The notes under the pieces: model-generated
What the model saw: the letters and a program-made list of their open reading frames with translations, nothing else
The model's database searches: none
What the model was told of the DNA's origin: nothing
DNA from: a virus
Taxonomy: Duplodnaviria; Caudoviricetes
Virus record (IMG/VR): IMGVR_UViG_3300005137_000013
Location: 1-45,614 of that record
DNA length: 45,614 bases
Reading direction: 5' to 3' (one strand)
Shown: positions 24,090 through 34,180 of the stretch, in pieces
How positions within the stretch are numbered: position 1 is the first letter of the stretch
How the letters are laid out: every line of letters begins with the position of its first letter
Translations under genes and position numbers: made by a program

Positions 24090-24270
24090 ATGTGGTAAAT
24101 TTACCACATTGTGGAGGCTGGTTTGGTCACGTCGCTGCTATATATACAGAGTGAGAGAAGCGACCATACCCTAAAAACCGGATAAGCCATGACAGACAAG
24201 GGATTAAGGTACTTTTGAGGTAGGATAAAAATTTCCTACATGTAGGCGAAAAATTTCCTACCTGAAAAGG
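24090..24270. repeat. Palindrome and iteron-like repeats upstream of the RepL-like gene
   Basis: Perfect 20-bp palindrome ATGTGGTAAATTTACCACAT (24090-109); GTAGGATAAAAATTTCCTAC (24220-39) and GTAGGCGAAAAATTTCCTAC (24242-61). Confidence 0.8.
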
Positions 24271-24280
24271 TGGTGAAAAT

Positions 24281-24937
24281 GTGGGAAAAACCGCATTACA
24301 ACAGTCTTTCTTGGATGCGGAAAGAAATGCAAGAAAGCGAGATATGGAACAGAAAATAGACATAGATTCGCTTTCGCGGGAACTGAAAAAGGCATCCGAA
24401 CAGAATGTGAAGATCGTACATGTGACACCGCGAAACCCAGCGGGGTTTGTGCAAGTGATTGCGGAAAACCTGAACTACATCATAGAAAGCGAGTATCTGA
24501 GTACATCGGAACTCGCTTTTCTTATGTCCATTATGGGACGTACAGAAATGCACTCGAACGCTGTTGTGGATTCGGACGGGCGATATATGACGATCACGGC
24601 GCTGGCAGAGTCGGCGAAATATTCCGTTCGACAGGCGCGTACGCTCATTGCGTCACTGCTGGAAAAAGGTATTATCTTTGAATTTGTGGACGTGCAGCAA
24701 ATCAAGCGTCACGGTCGTGTGGTGGAGGAGCGACCGCTGTATCTAAACCCGGAAATCATCTTTTGCGGCGACAGAAACCGCATCAATGCGACACTTTGCC
24801 GCCTGGTGATGAACGCCGATCCGCTTGAACGACGGAAAATCCTGTTGCCATGGAAACTGTGGATGGATCCGGGTGCGGAATACGGACGTTTGTACCGCCG
24901 CAAAACGTGGCTCAAAAAACGGAAAGGTGATGCATGA
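24281..24937 (+). CDS. RepL-like winged-helix replication/maintenance protein
   Basis: FVQVIAENL, MTITALAESAKYSVRQARTLIASLLEKGII wHTH, LYLNPEIIFCG. Confidence 0.65.
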   Translation: MGKTALQQSFLDAERNARKRDMEQKIDIDSLSRELKKASEQNVKIVHVTPRNPAGFVQVIAENLNYIIESEYLSTSELAFLMSIMGRTEMHSNAVVDSDGRYMTITALAESAKYSVRQARTLIASLLEKGIIFEFVDVQQIKRHGRVVEERPLYLNPEIIFCGDRNRINATLCRLVMNADPLERRKILLPWKLWMDPGAEYGRLYRRKTWLKKRKGDA

Positions 24938-25101
24938 TGATCGACTTGGGAAGGACGGCGAAATGCGAAGTGTGCGGCCGGCCTGTGCCGGTAGCGTGGG
25001 CGAACGACGACGGCAAGCATCGCGGCCATGCGCTGTGCATCATGGTGAAACGGGATGGTGTAAGCGGTGTTGACGGCAAAAAGAAGCATACCGACCCTTG
25101 A
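24934..25101 (+). CDS. Small Zn-ribbon protein (not in ORF track)
   Basis: AAAGGTGA RBS; MMIDLGRTAKCEVCGRP...HALC. Confidence 0.45.
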   Translation: MMIDLGRTAKCEVCGRPVPVAWANDDGKHRGHALCIMVKRDGVSGVDGKKKHTDP

Positions 25102-26599
25102 ACAAGTCCGCGCCGCTCGCGCCTATGTGGATTTTTCCTATTTCATGGACTACGACAGCGACGGGAAAGACGTGGACGGTCGGCACTTGGACGTGCTTGA
25201 CCGTGCACTACAGGACGTTTCCGAGGGCAAGATCAAACGCCTTATCGTCGCCATGCCGCCGCGTCACGGAAAGTCTGAACGCGTATCGAAAAAATTCCCG
25301 GCGTGGCACGTCGGACGCAATCCCGAGGACGAAATCATTCTTGCGTCATATTCGATTGATTTGAGCCGCGAACACTCCATGATCGCACGGGACACACTCG
25401 CCGAGCGCGCAGACATATTCGGCGTAAAGCTGGCGAAAGATCGGCAGAGCGCCGAATCTTGGGGAATCGAAGGTTATCGCGGCGGCGTAAAAGCGGCTGG
25501 TGTCGGCGGACCGATTACTGGACGCGGAGCACGAATCGCGATTATTGACGACCCGGTGAAAAACTCGGAGGAAGCGAACAGTGAGGTCATCCGGGAAAAG
25601 ATATGGCAATGGTACCAGTCTACGCTTTATACACGTCTCACGCCGGACGGGCGCATTATCGTCGTCATGACGCGCTGGCACGAGGATGATTTGGTGGGCC
25701 GGCTACTCAAAAAAGAGCGTGAGGAGATCGAGAACGGCACGCACTTGGGCGAACGTTGGACGGTCATCAATTTCCCCGCGATTGCGGAGGAAAACGACTA
25801 TCTGGGCCGCGCGGAAGGCGAGCCCCTTTGGCCGGAATTTGGCTTCACGAAAGAGAGGCTTGCGGAGATACGAAACGAGGTCGGAACCTATGTCTGGAAT
25901 GCGCTGTATCAACAGCGCCCGAGCGCAGCGGACGGAACGATTTTCAAACGTGAACATTTCCGTTATTTTCGTGAGGAAATCATATACAACATCCCCTATT
26001 TCGTGCTTCGCGACGGCAAACGATACCGAAAAGACGAATGCTGGAACTTCCAGACCGTGGACACGGCGAACAGTTTGAAAACGATCAATGACTATTTCGT
26101 CGTCACAACCGTCTGGGTAACGCCGGAACATGATTTGCTTATATACGACGTATACCGCACGCACATCGAAGGGCCGGAGCAAAAGCAACTGATGAAGGAC
26201 ATGGCACACCGTCACCGGCCGAAGTTTCAGGCCATCGAGGATAAAACATTCGGCACAAACCTGATCCAAGAGTGCAAACGCGACGGTATGACGATAAGAC
26301 CGGTCAAAGTCGATAAAGACAAAGTGACACGGGCATTACCGATTGCGGCACGGTACGAAGTCGGGAAAGTGTATCATCGAGAGGGCGCGCCGTGGCTGAC
26401 GGACTTTGAAGATGAACTGCTTTCCTTCCCGCGCGGCAAGAATGACGACCAGGTGGACACCATCAGCATGGCCGGGGAACTGGTACACACGGTCCGGGAG
26501 ACGCAAGGCGCATGGACAGCACAACCGGACGCCGACCGCAGACCCGACTTTGACACGGACGAGGAAGAAGAATACACGAGTACAGGCTCGTTTTGGTGA
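25067..26599 (+). CDS. terL: Terminase large subunit
   Basis: MPPRHGKS, ITGRGARIAIIDDPVK, MTRWHEDDL, YQQRP, FPRGKNDDQVD. Confidence 0.95.
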   Translation: MLTAKRSIPTLEQVRAARAYVDFSYFMDYDSDGKDVDGRHLDVLDRALQDVSEGKIKRLIVAMPPRHGKSERVSKKFPAWHVGRNPEDEIILASYSIDLSREHSMIARDTLAERADIFGVKLAKDRQSAESWGIEGYRGGVKAAGVGGPITGRGARIAIIDDPVKNSEEANSEVIREKIWQWYQSTLYTRLTPDGRIIVVMTRWHEDDLVGRLLKKEREEIENGTHLGERWTVINFPAIAEENDYLGRAEGEPLWPEFGFTKERLAEIRNEVGTYVWNALYQQRPSAADGTIFKREHFRYFREEIIYNIPYFVLRDGKRYRKDECWNFQTVDTANSLKTINDYFVVTTVWVTPEHDLLIYDVYRTHIEGPEQKQLMKDMAHRHRPKFQAIEDKTFGTNLIQECKRDGMTIRPVKVDKDKVTRALPIAARYEVGKVYHREGAPWLTDFEDELLSFPRGKNDDQVDTISMAGELVHTVRETQGAWTAQPDADRRPDFDTDEEEEYTSTGSFW

Positions 26600-26607
26600 G
26601 GTGCATT

Positions 26608-26847
26608 ATGACCCTTTATATCGCTTCTATCGCCGCTCTAACCGGCATTATCATCGTGCAAAGCGTTGTCTATTACCTGCATATTAGGGCGCAACAGAAG
26701 ACGATTGATGCGCTCACAGACAAACTCATGGTGCGCATGGGACACCGGGAATACCGGGAACCGATGCTGATGGAAGAAGAAAAGCCGAAGCGCAAGCCGA
26801 TGAGTTTCTTTGATGATCCGGATATCGAGGATGAGGCCGTGAGTTAG
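26608..26847 (+). CDS. Small membrane protein
   Basis: TM helix followed by LTDKLM; followed by a terminator-like hairpin. Confidence 0.65.
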   Translation: MTLYIASIAALTGIIIVQSVVYYLHIRAQQKTIDALTDKLMVRMGHREYREPMLMEEEKPKRKPMSFFDDPDIEDEAVS

Positions 26848-26882
26848 CGGCTTTTTTATTTGCAAAGAAAGAAGGTGAGCAA

Positions 26883-28970
26883 GTGGCCATCATCGACAAA
26901 ATCAAAGGCATCTTCACGGGCGAAGATTCGAGCCAGCAAGAGCCGATCAACACGCCGGAGCAACAGAAACTGGTGTCTATGGTGATGCAAGACTATGCCG
27001 TTTTCAAAGAAGCGCGTCAGCCGATCGAACCGATTTGGCGGCAAGAACAACGCTTTTACATGGGCGATCACTGGCACGGGTTGCGCCCGGAAAGCGTGTC
27101 AAAGCTGCGCCCGAACAGCGTGGATAACATCGCGTGGAGCCAGATCGAAAACATTGTGTCGAAGCTGACGGGCTGGATGCCGTACCCGGAGTTTGAGCCG
27201 CAAGAGTCTGGAGACGACGAAAAAGCGAAGAACCTGAACGATTACATGCCTTATGAACTGCGGTGTATCAAATTCAAACAGAAACACATCCGGGCCGTGC
27301 GTCGATTCGTCATTCACGGGCCGCTGATTTATAAAACGATCTATGATCCGACCGTGGAATTTGGGAAGGGAATGCACAAATATATCGGCCAAAACGACAT
27401 TATTCCCGTCGATTTGGGCAGTTTCTTTCCTGATCCACGTATCCGAGACTTTATTTATCTCCAGAAGGGAAAAGCGCACATCATCCATACGCGGAAACCG
27501 ATTGAGTATTTCCGCGAACGCTGGCCGAAACAAGGGAAAAAGGTCATGCCGGACACGCTTTCCGAGGACGTGCATATCTTCGACGAAAACGAATATTCCA
27601 TGACCGCGTTCAATACGACTTTGGACAACGGCACATACGACCCGAACACGGACAGCCAGACATGCGGCCTGATCGAATACTGGTATCGCGGCGTTCCAAA
27701 GTATATGAGCGCCGAGGACAAGCGCTTATTCCGCGAAATGGGCGACGAAAAACTGGCGAACGGCATCGACCCTTCCGAATGCTACGCCAAATCTAAGGGA
27801 ACAGCGGAAGGCATCCACTGCATTTACATCTCGTCTGACGGCGTGTTTCTCGAACACAAGGCGTATGTGTACGATCACGGTCAATATCCGTTCGTGGCGC
27901 GCACGCTTTTCCCGGATGAACAATCGGTCTGGGGCAAGGGCTTTATGCGCGACATGATCAAGCCGCAGATTATGAAGAACAAGTTCGCAGAAATCGCCGT
28001 GGAAACCATGGCGAAAGCCGGGAACAATGCGATTGTGTACGAGGAAGGCGCGATCACGAAGCCGCAGACTTGGAAAGAACAGCGGAGCTTGCCGGGCGCG
28101 ATGCTTCCCGTGGCAAACGGGCGCATGAACGACTGGAAAGAACTGCAGGGCGTGAACGTGCCGAACACCGTCTTCAACATGCTCCAGTATTACGATGAGA
28201 TGTTGCAGAAGATTCCGGGGCAATTCGACAGCGCGAACGGCATGGCGAATCCGAATGTGACGAGCGGCGAACAGGCGAAAGCGCTGATCAATGCTGCGTC
28301 CATCCGACTCAACTTGCCGGCGGAAATCATCCAAGACGCGCTCGAAGAAGTGTTCGCCCAATACATCGAACTGATGGCGCAATTTTATACGGATGAGCGA
28401 ATCGGGCGCATTACCGGCAGAATGGTCAGCATGAGCCGGAATAAGATTTTGAGCTATGCGCCGACCATTTACCGATTCACTGACCCGACGACAGGCGAGG
28501 AAATCGAGCAGACCGTTTACGAGGAATACGTGCCGAAGTTCGACATTCGCGTGAACATCAGCGTAGATAGGCCGCATGATCGTGAGTATTGGGTTCAGCT
28601 TGCGTTCAACCTGTTGCAGATGAAAGACCCGTTGACCGGACTGCCGATGATGGACGGCGTAGGCGTAACGTATGCGATTGATAATGGGCGCTTGGAGCCG
28701 TTCGAGAAAATCCGGGAGCGCATTGAGCAGAAGGCCGGTCTGATGCAACAGTTCCAGCAGATGCAGATGCAAATGCAGGAGATGGGCGCGACGATTCAAC
28801 AGCTTCAACAGGCGCTTGGCCAGCAACAGCAGGCGAACGTGCAGGCGGAAGCTGACTTGATCAAGGCGCAGACGGAAGCTGAGCGAGAACAGTTCAACCG
28901 CGCGGCACAGATGCGGAAATTGCAGATCGATGAAGCGAACGCCATGGCAAGGATTGCGGGGGTGAGATAA
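26883..28970 (+). CDS. Portal protein (P22-like)
   Basis: 695 aa after TerL; FYMGDHW, YDHGQYPFV, WGKGFMRDMIKPQ, TSGEQ; Q-rich C-terminal barrel. Confidence 0.85.
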   Translation: MAIIDKIKGIFTGEDSSQQEPINTPEQQKLVSMVMQDYAVFKEARQPIEPIWRQEQRFYMGDHWHGLRPESVSKLRPNSVDNIAWSQIENIVSKLTGWMPYPEFEPQESGDDEKAKNLNDYMPYELRCIKFKQKHIRAVRRFVIHGPLIYKTIYDPTVEFGKGMHKYIGQNDIIPVDLGSFFPDPRIRDFIYLQKGKAHIIHTRKPIEYFRERWPKQGKKVMPDTLSEDVHIFDENEYSMTAFNTTLDNGTYDPNTDSQTCGLIEYWYRGVPKYMSAEDKRLFREMGDEKLANGIDPSECYAKSKGTAEGIHCIYISSDGVFLEHKAYVYDHGQYPFVARTLFPDEQSVWGKGFMRDMIKPQIMKNKFAEIAVETMAKAGNNAIVYEEGAITKPQTWKEQRSLPGAMLPVANGRMNDWKELQGVNVPNTVFNMLQYYDEMLQKIPGQFDSANGMANPNVTSGEQAKALINAASIRLNLPAEIIQDALEEVFAQYIELMAQFYTDERIGRITGRMVSMSRNKILSYAPTIYRFTDPTTGEEIEQTVYEEYVPKFDIRVNISVDRPHDREYWVQLAFNLLQMKDPLTGLPMMDGVGVTYAIDNGRLEPFEKIRERIEQKAGLMQQFQQMQMQMQEMGATIQQLQQALGQQQQANVQAEADLIKAQTEAEREQFNRAAQMRKLQIDEANAMARIAGVR

Positions 28971-29206
28971 TGGCTGTTGTACAGCGAATCTATCCAGAAT
29001 CAAAAACGGGACTGATTAACTGGATTGAGCAGAACTTTCATGATATTGACGAATACGTTGTTCAATTCACCATGAAAGATGGAACGACCATGTTTGTATA
29101 TGACACTTACAACGTGATCAATGCCCTTGGTATGCTGGAAATGGCGAAGGGAACCATTTATGAACTTGCCGTAAACGGTGAATTTATTCCAAAAGAACGG
29201 AGATGA
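28970..29206 (+). CDS. Hypothetical protein
   Basis: Coupled to the portal gene; GGGGTGA RBS. Confidence 0.65.
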   Translation: MAVVQRIYPESKTGLINWIEQNFHDIDEYVVQFTMKDGTTMFVYDTYNVINALGMLEMAKGTIYELAVNGEFIPKERR

Positions 29207-29210
29207 TCAA

Positions 29211-29345
29211 ATGCCGCTCAAAAAGGGATCGTCGCAAAAGACGATCAGCCAAAACATTCGTAAACTTCGCCATGAAGGATACCCGCAAGATCAGGCCGTG
29301 GCAATCGCCATGAGGAAAGCAGGGAAATCCAAGAAAAAGAAATGA
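29211..29345 (+). CDS. Small basic phage protein, 44 aa (not in ORF track)
   Basis: [44 protein letters not shown]. Confidence 0.75.
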   Translation: MPLKKGSSQKTISQNIRKLRHEGYPQDQAVAIAMRKAGKSKKKK

Positions 29346-29384
29346 CGTGCCTTGAATGAGACTTTCAGGGCACGTTTTATTTTG
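29345..29384 (+). terminator. Intrinsic terminator
   Basis: ACGTGCCTTGAA-loop-TTCAGGGCACGT-TTTATTTT. Confidence 0.7.
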
Positions 29385-29426
29385 CAAAATTCTGCCCCAC
29401 CCATAGGGCATATTGGAGGTTAAAGC

Positions 29427-30383
29427 ATGGAAAACGTGAACGAAAGCGCCACCCATAGCGCGGAAGTCACAAATGCGCCTACCCCCCCACAGGTAGACGA
29501 AACGGATGAGTTGTCAAACGTTTTTGAAGTATTCGGATTGACACCGCCTGAACTGGAAAAGAAAACTCATCCCGAGGAACAATCGGAAGTAGCGGAGACT
29601 CCTCCCATAGAGTCGAGCGAACCCGAAAAGAAAGGGATGAAGGTCAAATTCCTTCACGAAGAAGTCTTTGTGGAGGAAGAACGTTATCCCGAATTGTTGC
29701 GAAAAGGACTCAATCATGACCGCATCGAGGGGAAGATCAGCGAGTATCAGAAAGCTTTGGATGAAGTCGCTAAACTTCAAGGCTTCAAAGATCACAATGA
29801 CCTGATGCAGAACCTTGAAAAACTCAAAGCCGAAGCCAAACAGCGCGAAGAAGATCAATTCAAGCAACTGCGCGAGGACTTGCGGCAACAGGCCGAAGAT
29901 GCCGGGCTTGATCCTGAGAAGGTGGAACAGTTCATCGAAAACCATCCGTTGATGAAGGAAGCCCGCCGCATCAAGGCCGAAAACGAGGAACGCGCCAAGA
30001 TCGAGAAACAGCTTCGGCAACAGCAAGAGATCGAGCGCCAGTGGTCGGAACTGTATCAAGCGTTCCCGGAACTCATAGAGGACGCAAAAGCGTGGACAAG
30101 GGGCGAAACGCCATCTTTCTACACGCCCGAAATGCAAGCGTTGGTGGAGCGTGGGTATCATCCCCTGCACGCTTACAAGCTGGCGCACATGGACAAATTG
30201 ACTACGCAAGCGAAAGAGCTTGCCAGACAAGCGGCAATCAAGGAACAAATGCTGAACAAGCGCAGCCAAGTCGAAACCGACACGGGCGGAGACATGGAAC
30301 CGGAAGCTCCGGAAGAACTGAAAGAAGCCTTTGCCTTGTTCGGGCTTGACCCGAAACTCGCCAAAAAGTACGCAAAACGATAG
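29427..30383 (+). CDS. Capsid scaffolding protein
   Basis: Acidic N-terminus, coiled coils, position between portal and capsid. Confidence 0.75.
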   Translation: MENVNESATHSAEVTNAPTPPQVDETDELSNVFEVFGLTPPELEKKTHPEEQSEVAETPPIESSEPEKKGMKVKFLHEEVFVEEERYPELLRKGLNHDRIEGKISEYQKALDEVAKLQGFKDHNDLMQNLEKLKAEAKQREEDQFKQLREDLRQQAEDAGLDPEKVEQFIENHPLMKEARRIKAENEERAKIEKQLRQQQEIERQWSELYQAFPELIEDAKAWTRGETPSFYTPEMQALVERGYHPLHAYKLAHMDKLTTQAKELARQAAIKEQMLNKRSQVETDTGGDMEPEAPEELKEAFALFGLDPKLAKKYAKR

Positions 30384-30395
30384 GAGGAATCAACC

Positions 30396-30809
30396 GTGGG
30401 ATTCAAATTCATTCACAACGATTACGGCGCACCGCCGACGAGAATCACGCACATCCTTTGCACCAACAGCGAAGCCTTTACCGCCGGGGAAGCGGTGAAG
30501 TTGGTCAACGGACGCTGGACGAAAGCCAGCGGCGCGGATGTTCCTGCCGGCATCATCACGCATAACGTCACCGCAGGAACGGACAAAGAAGCGGAAGTGC
30601 AATTGATCCGCGAAGGTGACGTGTTTGAAGCGCCTTATGAGGGCACGCCTGCAGGCGGTTTTGTGCCGGGCGCAAACGCCGTCGCTCTCGACACAGACGG
30701 ACTTGCCGTGGATTCAGCGACGGTCACCGGCGGGGCGATCGCCATTCTGTCCGTCAACACCGACAAAGCAACATGCCAACTCAAATTCAAGTCGCGGCAA
30801 TTGAGCTAA
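30396..30809 (+). CDS. Capsid decoration/cement protein
   Basis: Small Ala/Gly/Thr-rich beta protein just before the capsid gene. Confidence 0.7.
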   Translation: MGFKFIHNDYGAPPTRITHILCTNSEAFTAGEAVKLVNGRWTKASGADVPAGIITHNVTAGTDKEAEVQLIREGDVFEAPYEGTPAGGFVPGANAVALDTDGLAVDSATVTGGAIAILSVNTDKATCQLKFKSRQLS

Positions 30810-30823
30810 GGGAGGGACGCTGA

Positions 30824-31792
30824 ATGCAAACGAAACTGAGATGGGACGCGAAAGTACTCGAACCGATTTTTCGCGAACTTGTTCGCATTGAAATGACCAA
30901 ACGCCCGGACTTTATCGAAAAACTGTATGGTGTGGAAAATTCCACAAAGGATACGGAAAGCCTCGAATCCATCGGCGGAGAAGGATTGATGGAAGAATGG
31001 GGCCAGTCGAACAATCAGGTGTACTATGCCGACGTGAATGAACTGTGGCAAAAGTACATCAAGAACAAAAAGTTCTCGCTTGGCCGCCAGATCGACCGCG
31101 ACCTGTTGGACGACCTGAAGCTGACCGCCATCAAAGACCGCCTGAGAAGCTTGGGAACCGCCGTCTACATGACACAGCAATACCAAGCCGTTGAAACCTA
31201 CAACAACGCCTTTGCCACCGCGACAGGCGTCGATTTTCGCGGACGGACGTACAACGCCGCAGGCCCGGACGGAAAAGCCCTTTGCGCGACAGATCATCCG
31301 TACAGCCCGACCAATACAACGGATACGCAGTCGAACAAAGGCACGAAACCGCTGTCCATCGACGCTTGGGATGAAACGGCGGTTGAAATGCAAGGATGGG
31401 TGGACGACACCGGCAACATCATGGGCGTGTTCCCGGATACGTTGTTGGTGCATCCGTACAACGCCCGCAAAGCGTTCCAGATCGCCGGTTTGCCGGGGAA
31501 AGAAGCACCAAAATATGAACCGGGAAGCGCGGACTTCAACACGAACGTTTATGCTGTGTACAACGGCGGCATTACGGTCATTGTGAACCCGTTCCTGAAA
31601 AACAAATTCAACTGGTTTGCCATCGATTCAAGCCGCATGACGCGCATGAACAAATGGTTCTGGCGCAGAAAGCCGGACTACGGCTCGATCACGGACTTTG
31701 ACACGGAAGTGGCGAAGTATAAAGTTATCGGGCGTTGGAGCCATGGCTTTATCCATTATTCGTGGATTTACGGCCATCAGGCGACGGAGTAA
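30824..31792 (+). CDS. Major capsid protein (Mu gpT-like family)
   Basis: 322 aa; GPDGKALCATDHP, PDTLLVHP, VIVNPFL...WF, RWSHGF..YSWIYG. Confidence 0.85.
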   Translation: MQTKLRWDAKVLEPIFRELVRIEMTKRPDFIEKLYGVENSTKDTESLESIGGEGLMEEWGQSNNQVYYADVNELWQKYIKNKKFSLGRQIDRDLLDDLKLTAIKDRLRSLGTAVYMTQQYQAVETYNNAFATATGVDFRGRTYNAAGPDGKALCATDHPYSPTNTTDTQSNKGTKPLSIDAWDETAVEMQGWVDDTGNIMGVFPDTLLVHPYNARKAFQIAGLPGKEAPKYEPGSADFNTNVYAVYNGGITVIVNPFLKNKFNWFAIDSSRMTRMNKWFWRRKPDYGSITDFDTEVAKYKVIGRWSHGFIHYSWIYGHQATE

Positions 31793-31804
31793 GGGGGCGT
31801 CCGC

Positions 31805-32131
31805 ATGAAGGGACTGCATTCGGAAGCGCTCGGGATCAAGAAGTTTGGACAGCCTCCCGCCGATTTGGTGACCAATCTGATCGTGCAACAGATCACGTTC
31901 GACCCGCCTTCACTCGCCGCCGCAACCGGTGCCGTATCGAGCGGCATTACGGTTACAGGCGCCGCGTTGGGCGACCGGGTGGAACTGTTTCCGCCGTATG
32001 ACACACAAGGCATCCTGTTCCAAGGTTTCGTGAGCGCACCAGACACGATCAAGATTTCCCTGTTCAATCCCACCGGCGGCACGATTGATTTGGGCGAAGG
32101 CACATGGACGGTGCAGGTGATCCGGCCGTGA
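31805..32131 (+). CDS. Virion head-associated protein
   Basis: FDPPSLAA...ITVTGAALGD.V...VSAPDTIKI...NPTGGTIDL beta-sandwich pattern. Confidence 0.65.
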   Translation: MKGLHSEALGIKKFGQPPADLVTNLIVQQITFDPPSLAAATGAVSSGITVTGAALGDRVELFPPYDTQGILFQGFVSAPDTIKISLFNPTGGTIDLGEGTWTVQVIRP

Positions 32132-32307
32132 AAGAGGAAATCAAATGGTTTATCGGCGGTCAGGAAGTGCCGTCCACGCCGAAACTTCCCTATGTCGGCA
32201 CATGGTCGAGCTTCAATAAACTGCCGGATGAGGAAAAGTCGAAACTATTCAACGCCATGCGAGCAGAGTTAATCGCCAGCGGCAAAATGGAGAACAAGGG
32301 GGGCTAA
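32128..32307 (+). CDS. Hypothetical protein
   Basis: GTGA-coupled ORF followed by terminator 32296-32321. Confidence 0.55.
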   Translation: MKEEIKWFIGGQEVPSTPKLPYVGTWSSFNKLPDEEKSKLFNAMRAELIASGKMENKGG

Positions 32308-32340
32308 ACGCCTCCCTTTTCTCGTATTGGGGGATATATC

Positions 32341-32550
32341 ATGTATCGAATGGAATTGGATGCGCTCAATGCGATTGTCAAGGAATTGCGTGAAATCAAA
32401 ATGGAATTGCTTGAAATCAAGGAACTATTGAGGGAGAAGCAACCGCAAAAGTCTGTAACGCCAGTAAGGAGGGAACCGAATGATCACGAGCAGCAAAGCA
32501 CCGTTACACGTAAACGCGGCGGTCGCAGGAATAGCCATCACACCGAGTGA
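32341..32550 (+). CDS. Hypothetical protein
   Basis: GGGGGA RBS; short coiled coil. Confidence 0.5.
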   Translation: MYRMELDALNAIVKELREIKMELLEIKELLREKQPQKSVTPVRREPNDHEQQSTVTRKRGGRRNSHHTE

Positions 32551-32740
32551 TACGGTAAACTTTGACAGGCCCATCAATGGTTTTTATGTAGGAGGTGCCG
32601 GTGACGCGTTGGTTGTGTTTGAAAACGATACGACCGTTACCTTGAAAGGTTTGCTGGCAGGGCAAATTTATCCGATGAAGCTCAAGCGAATCAACGCCAC
32701 GGGAACCACAGCGACCAACCTTGTCGGATTGTATTGGTGA
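32480..32740 (+). CDS. Head spike-base-like protein
   Basis: AITPSDT...FYVGGAGD...LLAGQIYPM...RINATGTTATNLVGL, resembling the RcGTA head spike base family; AAGGAGG RBS. Confidence 0.7.
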   Translation: MITSSKAPLHVNAAVAGIAITPSDTVNFDRPINGFYVGGAGDALVVFENDTTVTLKGLLAGQIYPMKLKRINATGTTATNLVGLYW

Positions 32741-32745
32741 TCGCC

Positions 32746-33324
32746 ATGGCAACTACATTGGAAAATATTCGCTTTACCGTAGAAAGAGAGATTCGCGCCA
32801 CACTCGAAAATGAGCAAGTCATCGCATGGTGCAACTTCGCCAACATGGATTTTGGCGTGGGGTTAAACATCCCCGCCACGGCGACGATTTCACTAAACGA
32901 AACGGATTTGAGTTATCCCGAACCGACGGGACTGAAAGAGATCGTCTACATGTATCTGCAAAGCGATTTCGACAACGGCATCAACCGCCCGTTCAAATGG
33001 CCGTATCGTCGGTTTAACGGTGCGATTTGGTTTGAACTGCCGTATCGCGAACCTGACACGTTGAACATCCAGTATTACAAGGATTTGACGCATTTTACCG
33101 ACATCACGGATACGATTGACCTGGAAGACCGTTTCAGTCCCATTTACACGTTCTATTGCCTGATGAAATATTACGCATCCCCGGAAGCGAAGGAACGTTT
33201 CGGCGATGCTGTCGCAAGACGGGAACAAGAGCGGGCGGAAGCGTCTTACTATCACATGCGTGATCAGGTGCAAAGTTATTATGAGTTTAAGAACCCGCAG
33301 TATGTGATCGAGGAGAGATGGTGA
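32746..33324 (+). CDS. Head-tail adaptor protein
   Basis: Position and size; helical N-terminus with beta insertion. Confidence 0.65.
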   Translation: MATTLENIRFTVEREIRATLENEQVIAWCNFANMDFGVGLNIPATATISLNETDLSYPEPTGLKEIVYMYLQSDFDNGINRPFKWPYRRFNGAIWFELPYREPDTLNIQYYKDLTHFTDITDTIDLEDRFSPIYTFYCLMKYYASPEAKERFGDAVARREQERAEASYYHMRDQVQSYYEFKNPQYVIEERW

Positions 33325-33512
33325 TGAAACAATTCCAATTCTCCGTATCCACAAACGACAACCCGCTTGAGGAAGCGCGAGACGAACACGGGAATCTGAT
33401 CTTGACACCCATCGTCACCGCCGAGAACATTTCACAGGCCATGAACAGCGAAACCATCTACAACTTTTGCGTGCAGAACAATTACCGCATCTTCAAACCG
33501 GTAAGGAAGTGA
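33324..33512 (+). CDS. Hypothetical protein
   Basis: Coupled ORF. Confidence 0.5.
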   Translation: MKQFQFSVSTNDNPLEEARDEHGNLILTPIVTAENISQAMNSETIYNFCVQNNYRIFKPVRK

Positions 33513-33516
33513 TCCC

Positions 33517-34179
33517 ATGCCGAATCTGTACAATGCGGGGCAGCTTGCCTCCATCATCCGCAAACTTGGAGAGATGGATATAGAAGACCTCGGCTCCGAC
33601 ACCGATTCGCAGAACACGTACATCTTCTACTACATGAACCTTGCGATGTGGGAACTCGCCCGACTCGCCAACCAGGTGAAGTACAGCGACATGAAAACCA
33701 TATCCGCCGACGGGTATGTGACGTTTCAGCAGAACGGGGCGGACATTACGAACATGTTTGAACCGCTGATGATTTTCGGACCGAACGGTAAGCCCGTACC
33801 AAAACGCACGGCAGATGACGCGCCGCTCGGATGGTGGCGAGAAGCAGAGAATCAGGAAATTCATATCCGGGGATTTTCCGCCGCGTCTCAACCTTTGCAA
33901 TCGGGCCAGTACCAACTCAAATACATCAAGTATCCGAAGCAAGTCACACTTGAAACCGACACCGTGGAATTCCCGCCGAGCGGATATATGACGCTGGTGA
34001 AGAAAACACTTAGCCTCATAAAATACTCGAAGAACAGCTACGGCGGCGCCGAATTTATGGATACACAGTCCAAACTCAGCATGGGCAATCTGATGCAAGC
34101 TGCCGTCAGCGCAAGGGGAACGGGAACAACAGGACAGCCTATCGGCGAAAACGATTTGCGTATTGCCAGAGGTGGTTAA
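33517..34179 (+). CDS. Second adaptor/tail tubular protein A-like
   Basis: YMNLAMWELAR...LKYIKYP; position before the nozzle gene. Confidence 0.6.
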   Translation: MPNLYNAGQLASIIRKLGEMDIEDLGSDTDSQNTYIFYYMNLAMWELARLANQVKYSDMKTISADGYVTFQQNGADITNMFEPLMIFGPNGKPVPKRTADDAPLGWWREAENQEIHIRGFSAASQPLQSGQYQLKYIKYPKQVTLETDTVEFPPSGYMTLVKKTLSLIKYSKNSYGGAEFMDTQSKLSMGNLMQAAVSARGTGTTGQPIGENDLRIARGG

Positions 34180-34180
34180 C

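Noticed and set aside
27726-29003. 425-aa minus-strand ORF and other long antisense ORFs such as 29514-30269 and 41878-42540
   Set aside because: Shadow frames of well-supported plus-strand genes, with no RBS or recognisable motifs.
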